Source of the DNA: Candidatus Daviesbacteria bacterium
Lineage (GTDB): Bacteria > Patescibacteriota > Microgenomatia > Daviesbacterales > UBA10151
Length of the DNA stretch: 64,000 nt
Assembly: GCA_016184225.1 (NCBI GenBank)
Contig: JACPDA010000004.1
Location: forward strand, 602,763-666,762
Direction of reading: 5' to 3'
Made by a program: the position numbers and the translations under genes. The notes beneath the pieces were generated by a model. The model saw only the letters and a list, made by a program, of their open reading frames with translations. It did not search any database and was not told the origin of the DNA. This document shows positions 44,294 to 54,062 of this stretch, in pieces (positions within the stretch are counted from its first letter, which is position 1; the number at the start of each line of letters is the position of its first letter).

Positions 44294-45666
44294 CAAAGCC
44301 TCTTGACTCATCTTTCCGTGACCCCAGCGGATATATTTTTACCCAAGGTGAGACTATCTTCCGCCAAATTAACAAAAGCTACCAACAAAATTATGACCTG
44401 CTGATGAAATCCGGCCTCTACGGCAAGCTTGTTTCTCTGGGTTACCTGATAGAACACCGGGAAATACGTTCACCGGAAAATTCCCCGCCGGCATACAAAA
44501 TTATCCAACCTCAAAAAATCCCTTTTATCTCTTATCCATATGAGTGGTGTTTCAGTATGCTGAAAGATGCAGCAGTTCTTACTTTGACTATTCAGAAACT
44601 GGCTATGGAATATGGTTTAAGCTTAAAAGATGCCAGCGCATTTAATATCCAATTTTTGAAGGGAAAACCAATACTCATTGACACGCTGTCTTTTGAAAAA
44701 TATGCAGAAGGAAAACCCTGGATAGCTTACAGGCAATTTGTAGAGCATTTTCTAGGGCCTTTAGCTTTAATGTCTATGAAGGATATCCGGCTAAGCCGGC
44801 TGACCTCTTTATTTATTGACGGCATTCCGGTTGATTTGGCTTCCCGTTTATTACCGTTCCGTTCCAAGCTCAAACTTTCGTTATTGCTGCACATCCATGC
44901 CCACTCAACCGGGCAAAAAAAATTCTCCGAAAGAAAAATAACCGGGCAGGAGTTAAAAAGTTTTTCCAGAAGGTCTTTTCTGGGACTGATTGATAATCTG
45001 GAAAGCGGGGTAGCGGGATTATCCTGGAACCCCAAAGGCACCCAGTGGGCCGGCTATTACAAAGAAAACGGCCACAATTATACAGACTCCACCTTTAAGC
45101 AAAAAGCGGAGGTTATCAGAAAATTTGTCAAACTGACTGCGCCTAAAACTGTCTGGGATATGGGGGCAAATACCGGCTACTTTAGCAGGGTGGCAGGAGA
45201 GACCGGGGCCTTGGTAATAGCTTTGGATGCAGATTACGGCGCCCTGGAAAAAAATTACCTGGAAACAGTTAAAAATAATGAGAAAAATATCCTGCCTTTG
45301 TTTTTGGATCTTACAAATCCGACCCCTGCCATAGGCTGGGCAAATACTGAGCGGCTGTCGATTCTAAACAGGGGACCGGCTGATCTGATTTTAGCTTTAG
45401 CGCTGCTGCACCATCTGGCAATTTCCAAAAATATTCCCTTGAAAAACATCGCTTCACTGTTTTCTCAACTCACTAACCACTTGGTAATAGAATTCGTGCC
45501 CAAAGAAGATTCCCAGGTGAAAAGGCTGCTGTTAAACAGGGAGGATATTTTTCCGGATTATAATAAAGACGGGTTTGAAAAAGCATTTAAGGATTTTTTC
45601 CAAATCAAAAAAGCCATACCGCTGCGCCAGAGCCAAAGGATAATTTACCTAATGGAGAAGAGATAG
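44290..45666 (+). CDS. protein with C-terminal class I SAM-dependent methyltransferase domain
   Basis: VWDMGANTGYFS (motif I) and LDADYGAL. N-terminal 230 aa unassigned. TTG start overlapping the previous stop. Confidence 0.45.
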   Translation: MTKPLDSSFRDPSGYIFTQGETIFRQINKSYQQNYDLLMKSGLYGKLVSLGYLIEHREIRSPENSPPAYKIIQPQKIPFISYPYEWCFSMLKDAAVLTLTIQKLAMEYGLSLKDASAFNIQFLKGKPILIDTLSFEKYAEGKPWIAYRQFVEHFLGPLALMSMKDIRLSRLTSLFIDGIPVDLASRLLPFRSKLKLSLLLHIHAHSTGQKKFSERKITGQELKSFSRRSFLGLIDNLESGVAGLSWNPKGTQWAGYYKENGHNYTDSTFKQKAEVIRKFVKLTAPKTVWDMGANTGYFSRVAGETGALVIALDADYGALEKNYLETVKNNEKNILPLFLDLTNPTPAIGWANTERLSILNRGPADLILALALLHHLAISKNIPLKNIASLFSQLTNHLVIEFVPKEDSQVKRLLLNREDIFPDYNKDGFEKAFKDFFQIKKAIPLRQSQRIIYLMEKR

Positions 45667-47223
45667 GTGAAAAAATATATATATTTGCACCCCTTTTTGT
45701 TTGCCGTCTATCCGGCCCTGTTTTTATATGCCCAAAACCAAAACCTCTTTCGGGAGAATGTCTTAGCCCTTCCTCTATTGCTGTCTTTGACTCTTACCGG
45801 AATCATCTATTCCTTAAGTCTTTTGATTCTCAAAGAAAAAAACATATCAGCTTTGATTTGCTTAGCTTTCATTTTTATTTTCTTCTCTTACAGCAGGATC
45901 AAGGAGTTTTTTAAGGAAATCCAACACCCTGACCAGGTTATCATTGCCGGTATTTTCCTGTTTTTAATAATCCTTATCTACTTCCTCCTCCGGTACAAAA
46001 ACCTATTAAAAACAATAAATAAAGCTCTGAGCTTCTTTTCCCTGATCCTTTTGAGCCTGGCTATCATCAGTATTGCCTCTTTTGAAGTTAAGTCAGGACG
46101 GATACTTTTAAGCCTGGGTAGTACGGGCAATAATCCGGAGACCTCACAATCCGCGCGCCGGACTCCTGATATCTATTACTTTGTCCTGGATCGGTATGCC
46201 GGTGAGAAAACTCTGAAACAGTATGGATTTGATAACAGTAGTTTTTATGAGTTTCTAGCGCGCAGTGGTTTCTATATAGCAACAGATTCTACCTCAAATT
46301 ATCCTAAAACTTTTCTCTCACTCGGCTCAACGCTGAATATGGAATACTTAAACTACCTGACGGAGAAAACCAACGGCGGCGGCACCTCGGATGAATCATT
46401 TGTCACGCCGCTGGTAGCGAATAATAAAATTATCAAGTTTTTAAAGAAAAAAGGCTATTCCTATATCCATGTCGGCTCAGGCTGGGATCCGACCCGGTCA
46501 AATAAAAACGCCGAAGTCAATTTTGTAATGACCGGCGGCAGGTACCTGTTTAAGGATGAATTTTTAAGCGGCTTTCTGCAGACTACCTTAGCTGCCCCGA
46601 TACTGAAAAAAATCTACCCTGACCCTACCGCTGTTTCACAAAACCCTAAAAATAACGACCACCGGAGCAGGGTTTTATACGAGTTTGAAGCGCTTAATCA
46701 AATTCCGGAAATACCAGGGCCAAAATTTGTTTTCGCCCATATCCTGGCACCCCATGACCCTTATGTTTTAGGGGAGTATTGCGAGGGCCTGTCTGAAAAA
46801 GTGGTCGCCAAAAGAGGATGGATTGAGAATTACCTAAACCAGCTGCGGTGCACTAATCAAAAAACTATGGCAGCCATTGAAAAAATTTTGGCCCATTCCA
46901 GGTCAAAACCCGTTATTATTATCCAAGCTGATGAGGGCCCAATGCCTATGAAATACCCTGTTCCGTTTGACCTGGCCTGGAAGAAAGCAAGCGATGACAC
47001 ATTAAGAGAAAAATTCCCCATACTTAATGCCTACCTGCTACCCGGCCTTAAGGATAACCCGGTATATCCGTCTATCACTCCTGTAAATTCCTTTAGGATA
47101 GTATTTAATGCTTACTTTGATACCAGCTACCTCTTACTGCCGGATAAAAATTATGTTTTTGAGGATAAGGATAGCTATTATAAATTTATTGATGTCACGG
47201 AAAGATTAAAGACCAGTCAATGA
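45667..47223 (+). CDS. membrane-anchored alkaline-phosphatase-superfamily (LtaS/sulfatase-like) protein
   Basis: Four to five N-terminal TM helices followed by a large extracytoplasmic domain. Assignment is weak. Confidence 0.3.
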   Translation: MKKYIYLHPFLFAVYPALFLYAQNQNLFRENVLALPLLLSLTLTGIIYSLSLLILKEKNISALICLAFIFIFFSYSRIKEFFKEIQHPDQVIIAGIFLFLIILIYFLLRYKNLLKTINKALSFFSLILLSLAIISIASFEVKSGRILLSLGSTGNNPETSQSARRTPDIYYFVLDRYAGEKTLKQYGFDNSSFYEFLARSGFYIATDSTSNYPKTFLSLGSTLNMEYLNYLTEKTNGGGTSDESFVTPLVANNKIIKFLKKKGYSYIHVGSGWDPTRSNKNAEVNFVMTGGRYLFKDEFLSGFLQTTLAAPILKKIYPDPTAVSQNPKNNDHRSRVLYEFEALNQIPEIPGPKFVFAHILAPHDPYVLGEYCEGLSEKVVAKRGWIENYLNQLRCTNQKTMAAIEKILAHSRSKPVIIIQADEGPMPMKYPVPFDLAWKKASDDTLREKFPILNAYLLPGLKDNPVYPSITPVNSFRIVFNAYFDTSYLLLPDKNYVFEDKDSYYKFIDVTERLKTSQ

Positions 47224-48140
47224 TAACCAGGCTCCAGAGAAGACAAAGAAGAAGGTTTACCCGCTTGGTGTTGCTAGTTTTAGGAATAGCTGCTGTTTCC
47301 TATTTGGCCTTTAACTTTTTTTCCGGAAGCGATAGCAAAAATCCTGTAAAACAAGGTATTTTTTCCGGGCAATCAAAAAATCTTTCCTTAAAAGACACTG
47401 TTAAAAATTCCTTAAAGGAAACTAAAGGTACTTACAGTGTGGTTATTTTAAATCTAAAAACCGGGGAGTCCTACTCTTACAATGAACATCAGAGTTTTGA
47501 AGCAGGCAGCCTGTATAAACTTTGGGTGATGGCAACAGTCTATAGACAGATCCAGGAAGGAAAAATATCGGGTGATGAAACTTTGACCGGAGACATAGCT
47601 TCCTTAAATAAAAAATTTAACATTGCCTCAGATTCAGCAGAGTTTACGCAGGGAGAAATTTCTTTGACAGTAAAAAGCGCCTTAAACCAGATGATCACCA
47701 TTTCCCACAATTATGCTGCCTTAATGCTGACTGAAAGGATAAAATTATCTTCGGTGGCAGCTTTCTTAAAGAAAAACGGGTTTGGGGAGTCTGCGGTAGG
47801 AACCGGCGGCGACTCCCCTAAATCCACGGCCTCTGATATCGGCCTTTTTTATGAAAAGCTCTACAAAGGGGAACTGGCCGGCGAGCAGTACACCTTGGAG
47901 ATGATTGAACTACTAAAAAACCAGCAGCTGGATGAAGGCTTACCAAAATATTTGCCCGCCGGTATAAAGGTGGCAAACAAAACAGGGGATATTGGCTGGT
48001 TTAAACATGACGGCGGAATAGTTTTTTCGGAAAGAGGGGATTATATACTGGTGGTAATGTCGGAAAGCAATTCCCCGGGCGGAGCCCAGGAGAAAATAGC
48101 TGAAATTTCAAAAGCAGTATATGAATATTTTAATAAATGA
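47220..48140 (+). CDS. class A beta-lactamase-like serine hydrolase
   Basis: SLYK (SxxK), ISHN (SxN) and NKTGD (KTG) motifs at the expected spacing. Confidence 0.5.
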   Translation: MITRLQRRQRRRFTRLVLLVLGIAAVSYLAFNFFSGSDSKNPVKQGIFSGQSKNLSLKDTVKNSLKETKGTYSVVILNLKTGESYSYNEHQSFEAGSLYKLWVMATVYRQIQEGKISGDETLTGDIASLNKKFNIASDSAEFTQGEISLTVKSALNQMITISHNYAALMLTERIKLSSVAAFLKKNGFGESAVGTGGDSPKSTASDIGLFYEKLYKGELAGEQYTLEMIELLKNQQLDEGLPKYLPAGIKVANKTGDIGWFKHDGGIVFSERGDYILVVMSESNSPGGAQEKIAEISKAVYEYFNK

Positions 48141-48182
48141 GGCTTGACTAATAAATGGCTATAAGTTAAAAACGATCATACA

Positions 48183-48716
48183 GTGGTTGAAAAAGTAATT
48201 TACATCAATGATAATTGTCATACGGGCCAACTGCGTGATGCCTCTCATGAATTATTACAGAAAATTTCGTATATTGTAGGCAACTGTAAGGATAATCTTC
48301 AACAGATAGATCCTTCGCTTTCTTCTTTAGTTCCCCCTTTAAAAATAAAGACCGCCCTCTCTTCTGTCAGCTTATCCCCTAGGACTAAGGATTCCTGGAA
48401 TAAGTATGAGAATTGGGTCGTAAAATTAATGGTCTTGGCAGGCGTCATGAGTTATCCACATCGGGCAAATGTAAGAATTCATGAAGTCCTGCAACCAATA
48501 CCATTTCCCCAGACATTTACGGAGGCAGTAGCTTTTTTGGATGAAAACCAATTCAGGGTAAGAGGCTTACTATCTGATGGATTACGAAGATTAGATAGTC
48601 TTAGATGGACTGCTTATGCTTACACCGAAAGCAGGGTCTTAAGAGAAGTTCTATTTGATGGGGTCTGCCTTGCCCCACCTGACAAGAGATTTCTGGTACT
48701 CAGAGAAGCTAAGTAG
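48183..48716 (+). CDS. hypothetical protein
   Basis: 177-aa ORF with no recognised family. Confidence 0.3.
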   Translation: MVEKVIYINDNCHTGQLRDASHELLQKISYIVGNCKDNLQQIDPSLSSLVPPLKIKTALSSVSLSPRTKDSWNKYENWVVKLMVLAGVMSYPHRANVRIHEVLQPIPFPQTFTEAVAFLDENQFRVRGLLSDGLRRLDSLRWTAYAYTESRVLREVLFDGVCLAPPDKRFLVLREAK

Positions 48717-48735
48717 GGGACGCCTGGGGAAGAAA

Positions 48736-49557
48736 TTACTTAGGATCTTCTTCTAATATTTTATTCTCATAAAGGGAATCTGCTATTTGCTCCGAAAGAA
48801 AAATTATCCCGTTTGGGGAAGGGTGGATAAAGTCGTCTTTGGAAAGGTAAAGCACTTGTCCGTCACCATCTTCAGTCAGGGACTCCTCATAAGCATTAAC
48901 CAGGGGGATATTGTGACTTTTGGCATAATCTATATGATTTTTAATATAAGAAATCCTCTCGCCGACCCAGCGGGCTCTATCCTGATCCGATAAATCCAGG
49001 ACCCCTTTGCCAAAAACAAATTTGTTAGGGGCAATGGTAGCTAAAAAAACTATTTTTGAGCGGGGGTTTTCTTTTTTGATTAAACCCACCACCCGATCCA
49101 GTGTTTCAGTTTGTTTTTTTAAACCCTGCTCCAGGGGTAACTGCGACAGGGGATTGTTCCCAAAAGATTCCAGGATTAAAACTTCAAAAGCTATATCTAA
49201 GATTGGCCGAAATTCCCGGTGGTAAAAAGTTTTTTCCGTCAGCCTTTTTTCCACTGATAAAATATTGGTGGAGCCAAATCCATAGTTTAATACCTCAAAA
49301 GTTTTCCCAGGATAATATTTTTTTAAATTTGCCCTTAGTTCATCACTGTTACCTAACCGCTCGGTCATGGAATCACCAACTAAAACAATAGTAAAATCTT
49401 CCGGGTATTTGACTTTTGTCCTGGTGCCTTCTTTGATGCTGACCGGGGCTTTCTTTTCAACTTTCTTCTCAAGGTTTTTGAAAATCAGTTGGGTCAACAC
49501 GAAGAATGGAATTAAGATAACTAATACCAATACCAACGGGACAAAAAATTTCTTCAT
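48736..49557 (-). CDS. SGNH/GDSL-family hydrolase
   Basis: N-terminal TM then IVLVGDSMTERLG (GDS block I). Confidence 0.5.
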   Translation of the reverse strand: MKKFFVPLVLVLVILIPFFVLTQLIFKNLEKKVEKKAPVSIKEGTRTKVKYPEDFTIVLVGDSMTERLGNSDELRANLKKYYPGKTFEVLNYGFGSTNILSVEKRLTEKTFYHREFRPILDIAFEVLILESFGNNPLSQLPLEQGLKKQTETLDRVVGLIKKENPRSKIVFLATIAPNKFVFGKGVLDLSDQDRARWVGERISYIKNHIDYAKSHNIPLVNAYEESLTEDGDGQVLYLSKDDFIHPSPNGIIFLSEQIADSLYENKILEEDPK

Positions 49558-50006
49558 ACAGCTATGCCAGTATACCAGAAGCCAACCTGGAGATATATCT
49601 TCGGGTTAAGCTGCGGTTATTGAACTGAGTCGAATGGCTCTGCTCAATACATTCAGAACCTATGAATGGACTTATCCCTACCAACCGCTAGATTACAGCT
49701 TCAAATATATGCAGCTTGAGACCTTAACAGCAAAATACAAAGAAAGGCTCAATAATCATGAATTACACCAGGACTTACGCACTTCGTGCCTGAGTGTCAT
49801 TCTGGCTTGTCCAGAATCTGAAGCTAATTTTGAAAACACTGCGTATGTCCTGTTACACCACTAACTTAATGCAGGGTATTTTATGCAGGATATAAGCGGT
49901 CGTATTTTTTAAATTCCCTTCTTACTATCTTCTTTTTGCTACTGCTTTGTCAATTTTTGCGCTTCTTCTTGAAGTTATGGTTATTTTATGAATATACTAA
50001 GTAGCA

Positions 50007-50480
50007 GTGAAAAAACTTTCAAAATTCTTGATTTCAACAATTGGCTGTGAACTGGTAGGGATAGCTGCTACACCTTTTACTATTTCTGCCATTCCAACCT
50101 GGTATCAAACTCTTCAGAAACCTTCATTTTCCCCTCCTAACTGGATCTTTGGGCCTGCCTGGACCATCCTGTATTTTTTAATGGGAGTAGCAGCTTATCT
50201 TGTCTGGATAAAAGGCCTAGAGAAAAGGGGAGTCAAAACAGCTCTTCAGTTTTTCCTGGCCCAGCTGGTATTTAATTTTTTCTGGTCAGTACTGTTTTTT
50301 GGGCTTCATTCTCCAATACTGGGACTAATAGACATACTGATCCTTTGGATCCTGATTTTAATTACCATTATTAAATTCCATAAAATCTCTAAAACTGCCT
50401 CATATCTTTTAATCCCTTATCTTCTCTGGGTCACCTTTGCCACCATCCTTAACTTATCCATAGTCTTACTTAACCCCTAA
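50007..50480 (+). CDS. tspO: TspO/MBR tryptophan-rich sensory protein
   Basis: WYQTLQKPSFSPPNWIFGPAWTILY and five TM helices. Confidence 0.7.
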   Translation: MKKLSKFLISTIGCELVGIAATPFTISAIPTWYQTLQKPSFSPPNWIFGPAWTILYFLMGVAAYLVWIKGLEKRGVKTALQFFLAQLVFNFFWSVLFFGLHSPILGLIDILILWILILITIIKFHKISKTASYLLIPYLLWVTFATILNLSIVLLNP

Positions 50481-50600
50481 ATCCCAGCCTTAATTGTCAT
50501 GGCGCCGTGACAAATTAAAAAATGTATAAGTTTTTCTAATTTCATCAGTAAAATGCTTTAGAAGGTAAAAAATGAAGCAATTTACTGATTTACATACAGG

Positions 50601-50939
50601 TTAAAGTTTTTTTAATAAATCCAATTTACCAATTATCAAAGCTTCTTTTTTAGCTTTTGTCCATTTCTTTAGCTGAAATTCTCTTCTCATAGCTTCAATC
50701 CTTGTTGGGTACTCTTCAGAATAAACAAGATTGAATGATTCAAAGTACTTGATATATTTTGCAGATTTAGTGGTTTTATTTTTATGCTCGATTAGTCTTT
50801 TTTCTAGATTATTTGTTTGTCCAATGTAAAGAGTGTTTGAAGAGGTTCTAAGGATATAAACTGCGTATTTTCCCTTCGATTCACTTCGTGGTTCGATTTC
50901 TCTCACCACTCGTTCACTCAGGGCCTTCGACCTAATCAT
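50601..50939 (-). CDS. GIY-YIG nuclease-family protein
   Basis: YAVYILRTSSNTLYIGQTNNLEKRLIEH contains the GIY..YIG..R..H motif. Confidence 0.7.
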   Translation of the reverse strand: MIRSKALSERVVREIEPRSESKGKYAVYILRTSSNTLYIGQTNNLEKRLIEHKNKTTKSAKYIKYFESFNLVYSEEYPTRIEAMRREFQLKKWTKAKKEALIIGKLDLLKKL

Positions 50940-51010
50940 AATCTAAGTATATTATAGTTATGATGGCCATGGCCCTGAGCGAGGTCAATTTATTGAACTT
51001 AGTCGAAGGG

Positions 51011-51083
51011 CTGCCGGGCTAGGATTCGAACCTAGAAATCATCTGTTCCAAAGACAGAGGTCCTACCATTAGACGACCCGGCA
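51011..51083 (-). tRNA. tRNA-Gln (anticodon TTG)
   Basis: Acceptor TGCCGGG/CCCGGCA, anticodon stem TCTGT/ACAGA with loop CTTTGGA, T-stem CTAGG/CCTAG. Confidence 0.8.
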
Positions 51084-51184
51084 ATTTTAGTTTGGATTAG
51101 TTACGTTATACGCTTCGCTGTCTAGCGTCACGAATCATCCATCACGATCTTATGATCAAATATTTAGATTTTCAAGATATCCTG

Positions 51185-51433
51185 TTATACAGGATACACT
51201 TCTGTACCCGGTTTGGTGGGTTTATCGACCTTTAAGCCAAACGAATCTCCTTTTTTGACAGCATCCACACTCTGGTGTTCCACTTGCAGGCTTTCCACCT
51301 TTTGAACGAACTCGCCGTCGCCTCTTTTAAATTTTACCTCCTGGCCCACCTTTATTCCACCGGACTTCAGATCCACAATAGCCACTCCTAACTTATCATA
51401 GAAATGTACAACTTTACCTATCGGTTTATCCAA
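51185..51433 (-). CDS. small hypothetical protein (beta-barrel-like)
   Basis: 82-aa ORF. Confidence 0.35.
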   Translation of the reverse strand: MDKPIGKVVHFYDKLGVAIVDLKSGGIKVGQEVKFKRGDGEFVQKVESLQVEHQSVDAVKKGDSFGLKVDKPTKPGTEVYPV

Positions 51434-51543
51434 AAATAATCACCCCCAATCAGGACTACCAGCTTATTATACCTTATTGACACTTTTCTTATTTTATGCC
51501 AACAATGGTAGTAGAGTTTTTCTCAAAAGGGGGTGATTAACAC

Positions 51544-51735
51544 ATGGATACAAAAGCTTTAGTAGGATGGATCGTGGTGATTGGTGCAATCAATTGGGGA
51601 TTAGTAGGGCTCTTGAATTTGAATGTTGTAGAGATGATCTTAGGGGCAGGTTCACTGCTTACCAAAGTGGTTTACATAATAGTAGGTCTGGCTGGAGTTT
51701 GGTCGGCTTACATGATGCTTGGAGGAAAAAAGTAA
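51544..51735 (+). CDS. DUF378-family small membrane protein
   Basis: IGAINWGLVGL motif and two TM helices. AAGGGGGTG Shine-Dalgarno 8 nt upstream. Confidence 0.6.
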   Translation: MDTKALVGWIVVIGAINWGLVGLLNLNVVEMILGAGSLLTKVVYIIVGLAGVWSAYMMLGGKK

Positions 51736-51760
51736 TTTCCTTCAAACTGGTAATTATTTT

Positions 51761-51792
51761 AAAATCCGGTCGCAAAACGGCCGGATTTTTTT
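51761..51792 (+). terminator. rho-independent (bidirectional) terminator
   Basis: AAAATCCGGTCG-CAAAA-CGGCCGGATTTTTTT. Confidence 0.65.
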
Positions 51793-51828
51793 GGCATAGA
51801 TAATGTGGTAAAATTTGACTTGTTTTAT

Positions 51829-51901
51829 GCCGCAGTTGCCAACGTGGTCAAGGCGCCTGTCTGAAGAACAGGTTATCTCAGTCCGATTCTGGGCTGCGGC
51901 A
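51829..51901 (+). tRNA. tRNA-Phe (anticodon GAA), atypical 3-bp D-stem
   Basis: Acceptor GCCGCAG/CTGCGGC (perfect), anticodon stem CCTGT/ACAGG with loop CTGAAGA, T-stem CTCAG/CTGGG. Length 73 nt. Confidence 0.6.
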
Positions 51902-51929
51902 CCCGAAGTAGTTTACGAAAACTTCGCTC

Positions 51930-52006
<77 letters not shown>

Positions 52007-52007
52007 T

Positions 52008-52211
52008 CTATTTTCTAAAGAAGTTTAGAATCAGGGTCAGGATTACTGAAGCAATAATGGCTGAAGTAAAGGGAATATAGATCTTGATACCCGGCCTGTC
52101 AATATAAATATCTCCCGGAATCCTGGGAAGACGAGGCATAAAATTAAAAAGAATCCCCAGAATTAAAAATACCACCCCCAGAAGTGAAAATATTTTTCCG
52201 ATGTTTTCCAT
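52008..52211 (-). CDS. DUF2905-family small membrane protein
   Basis: LPRIPGDIYIDRPGIKIYIPFTSAI motif. Immediately downstream of glmS. Confidence 0.5.
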   Translation of the reverse strand: MENIGKIFSLLGVVFLILGILFNFMPRLPRIPGDIYIDRPGIKIYIPFTSAIIASVILTLILNFFRK

Positions 52212-54053
52212 TTATTTTACCGTCACGCTTTTGGCAATGTTTCTGGGTTTGTCCACATTATGGCCTAACTCCACAGCCATGTAATAGGCCAGAAGCTGCA
52301 AGGGGATAATATTCATGATGGCAGAGGTTTCCCCTGTATCCGGCACCGGAATATAATGGTCAAAGCTGGCATGAGGCTTTGAAGAAATACCAATCACTGT
52401 TGCTCCCCTGGCTTTAACCTGGTTAACAGCATTAATTACATCATCCTTGGCCACATCTTCTGAGAGAACTACCACCACCGGAACCCCTTTTTCCATTAAG
52501 GTAATGGCATAATGTTTCAGGTCTCCGGCCGGAATACCGTGGGCATGGATATACGCCCCCTCAATTATTTTAACCATCCCTTCCTTAACAATATTAAGGT
52601 TTTGGTATTTACCCAGCAGAAAAATATGCTGCTTTTTAGCTAACTCTTTAGCCAGCTTCTTGAGCAAATCGTGATTTCTGCCTGAATTTAAATATTGATC
52701 TATTACCTCAGCTAGTTTTTTTAAATTGACTTTACCCTCTTCACTTTTTCCACTTATCACTTTGGCTAACAAATACCCCCAGGCAATTTGAGAAGTAAAA
52801 ACTTTGGTAGACATGACACAAATTTCCGGCCCGGCGTGTGAAGCAAAAGGATAATCAGAAATCCTACCCATGGTAGAGCCCGGCATATTCACATAAGAGG
52901 CAATTTTTAAGTCCTTTTTCCTGGCAATTTCCAAAACTTCCAACACATCTGCAGTTTCCCCGGACTGGGAAGGAGCAATCATCAGATCATCCTTAGTCAA
53001 AAGTTCATAATACTCATAAATATCTGCCCCAATCACACTTTCTGCCTTAATTTTACCAAATACCCGGAGGTAAAAAGCAATCTGGGATGCGGCAATGCCG
53101 GCTGTACCTGAGCCGATTGTATAAACATTTTCAGCTTTTTTAAGTTGCTTAACAAAATCTTCGTATAATTTGTAATCCTGATTTACCACCTGGCTGACCA
53201 CATAAGGGCTCTCAAAGATTTCTTTCAGCATAAAGTGGTCATAGCCTTCCTTATCCACCTTGCTGCTTTTAAGATTAATCCTTTCGGAACGGCAGAGTAA
53301 GGGTTTGTTGGATCTAATGTCCACCAGGTCAAGCTTGCCATTGTAACTTACCATTTGTCCGTTATCTAAAACAACCACCTTTTTAACGTATGGGGCAAAA
53401 GACAAAGTGTCGGAAGAAAGAAAAACTTCCCCGTCGTTTATTCCGATTACCAAAGGGGATCCGTTCCTGGCAGCCATAATTTGGCCGTCCTTAGCCAAAA
53501 CAATAATGGTATTTCTGCCTTCCAACTCCAAAAAAGCTGCCCTAATAGCCTCTTTCAACCTCTCACCACCTGGAAGGCGGGCTTTGTTCCGTAGGACGTT
53601 CTCTCCTTCCAGGTGAACTAATTTCTCTTCTATTAATCTGACAATGACTTCCGTATCTGTTTCCGACTCAAATTTATAGCCTTTTTTCAGCAAGTCTTTT
53701 TTAAGCTCCTGGTAGTTTTCTACAATACCGTTTTGAGCCAGGGCAAAACTTTTATCAGTAGAAAAGTGGGGATGGGCATTGATTTCGGAGATGCCGCCGT
53801 GAGTAGCCCAGCGGGTGTGACCGATACCAGTTGAAGAGTGATGAGTGTTAAGTGAGAAGTGGGAAGTCAAATCACCTATAGCACCAATACGCTTTTCTAA
53901 TTTTATCCCAGACTTTGCACTTTGCCCTTTGCACTCTTCACTTATTATGGCAATACCCCAGGAATCATAACCCCGGTATTCCAGCCTTTTTAAGCCTTCC
54001 AGGATCACTTCAGGGGCATTTTTCGGGCCGGAGTAACCAAAGATGCCGCACAT
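52212..54053 (-). CDS. glmS: glutamine--fructose-6-phosphate aminotransferase
   Basis: MCGIFGY N-terminal nucleophile, two SIS domains, C-terminal VTVK-like tail. 613 aa. Confidence 0.9.
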   Translation of the reverse strand: MCGIFGYSGPKNAPEVILEGLKRLEYRGYDSWGIAIISEECKGQSAKSGIKLEKRIGAIGDLTSHFSLNTHHSSTGIGHTRWATHGGISEINAHPHFSTDKSFALAQNGIVENYQELKKDLLKKGYKFESETDTEVIVRLIEEKLVHLEGENVLRNKARLPGGERLKEAIRAAFLELEGRNTIIVLAKDGQIMAARNGSPLVIGINDGEVFLSSDTLSFAPYVKKVVVLDNGQMVSYNGKLDLVDIRSNKPLLCRSERINLKSSKVDKEGYDHFMLKEIFESPYVVSQVVNQDYKLYEDFVKQLKKAENVYTIGSGTAGIAASQIAFYLRVFGKIKAESVIGADIYEYYELLTKDDLMIAPSQSGETADVLEVLEIARKKDLKIASYVNMPGSTMGRISDYPFASHAGPEICVMSTKVFTSQIAWGYLLAKVISGKSEEGKVNLKKLAEVIDQYLNSGRNHDLLKKLAKELAKKQHIFLLGKYQNLNIVKEGMVKIIEGAYIHAHGIPAGDLKHYAITLMEKGVPVVVVLSEDVAKDDVINAVNQVKARGATVIGISSKPHASFDHYIPVPDTGETSAIMNIIPLQLLAYYMAVELGHNVDKPRNIAKSVTVK

Positions 54054-54062
54054 ATTAAAGGA

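Noticed and set aside
50481-50600. Near-palindrome GTCATGGCGCCGTGAC as a terminator between tspO and the GIY-YIG gene
   Set aside because: No U-run in the correct orientation on either strand. Left as an unexplained palindrome.
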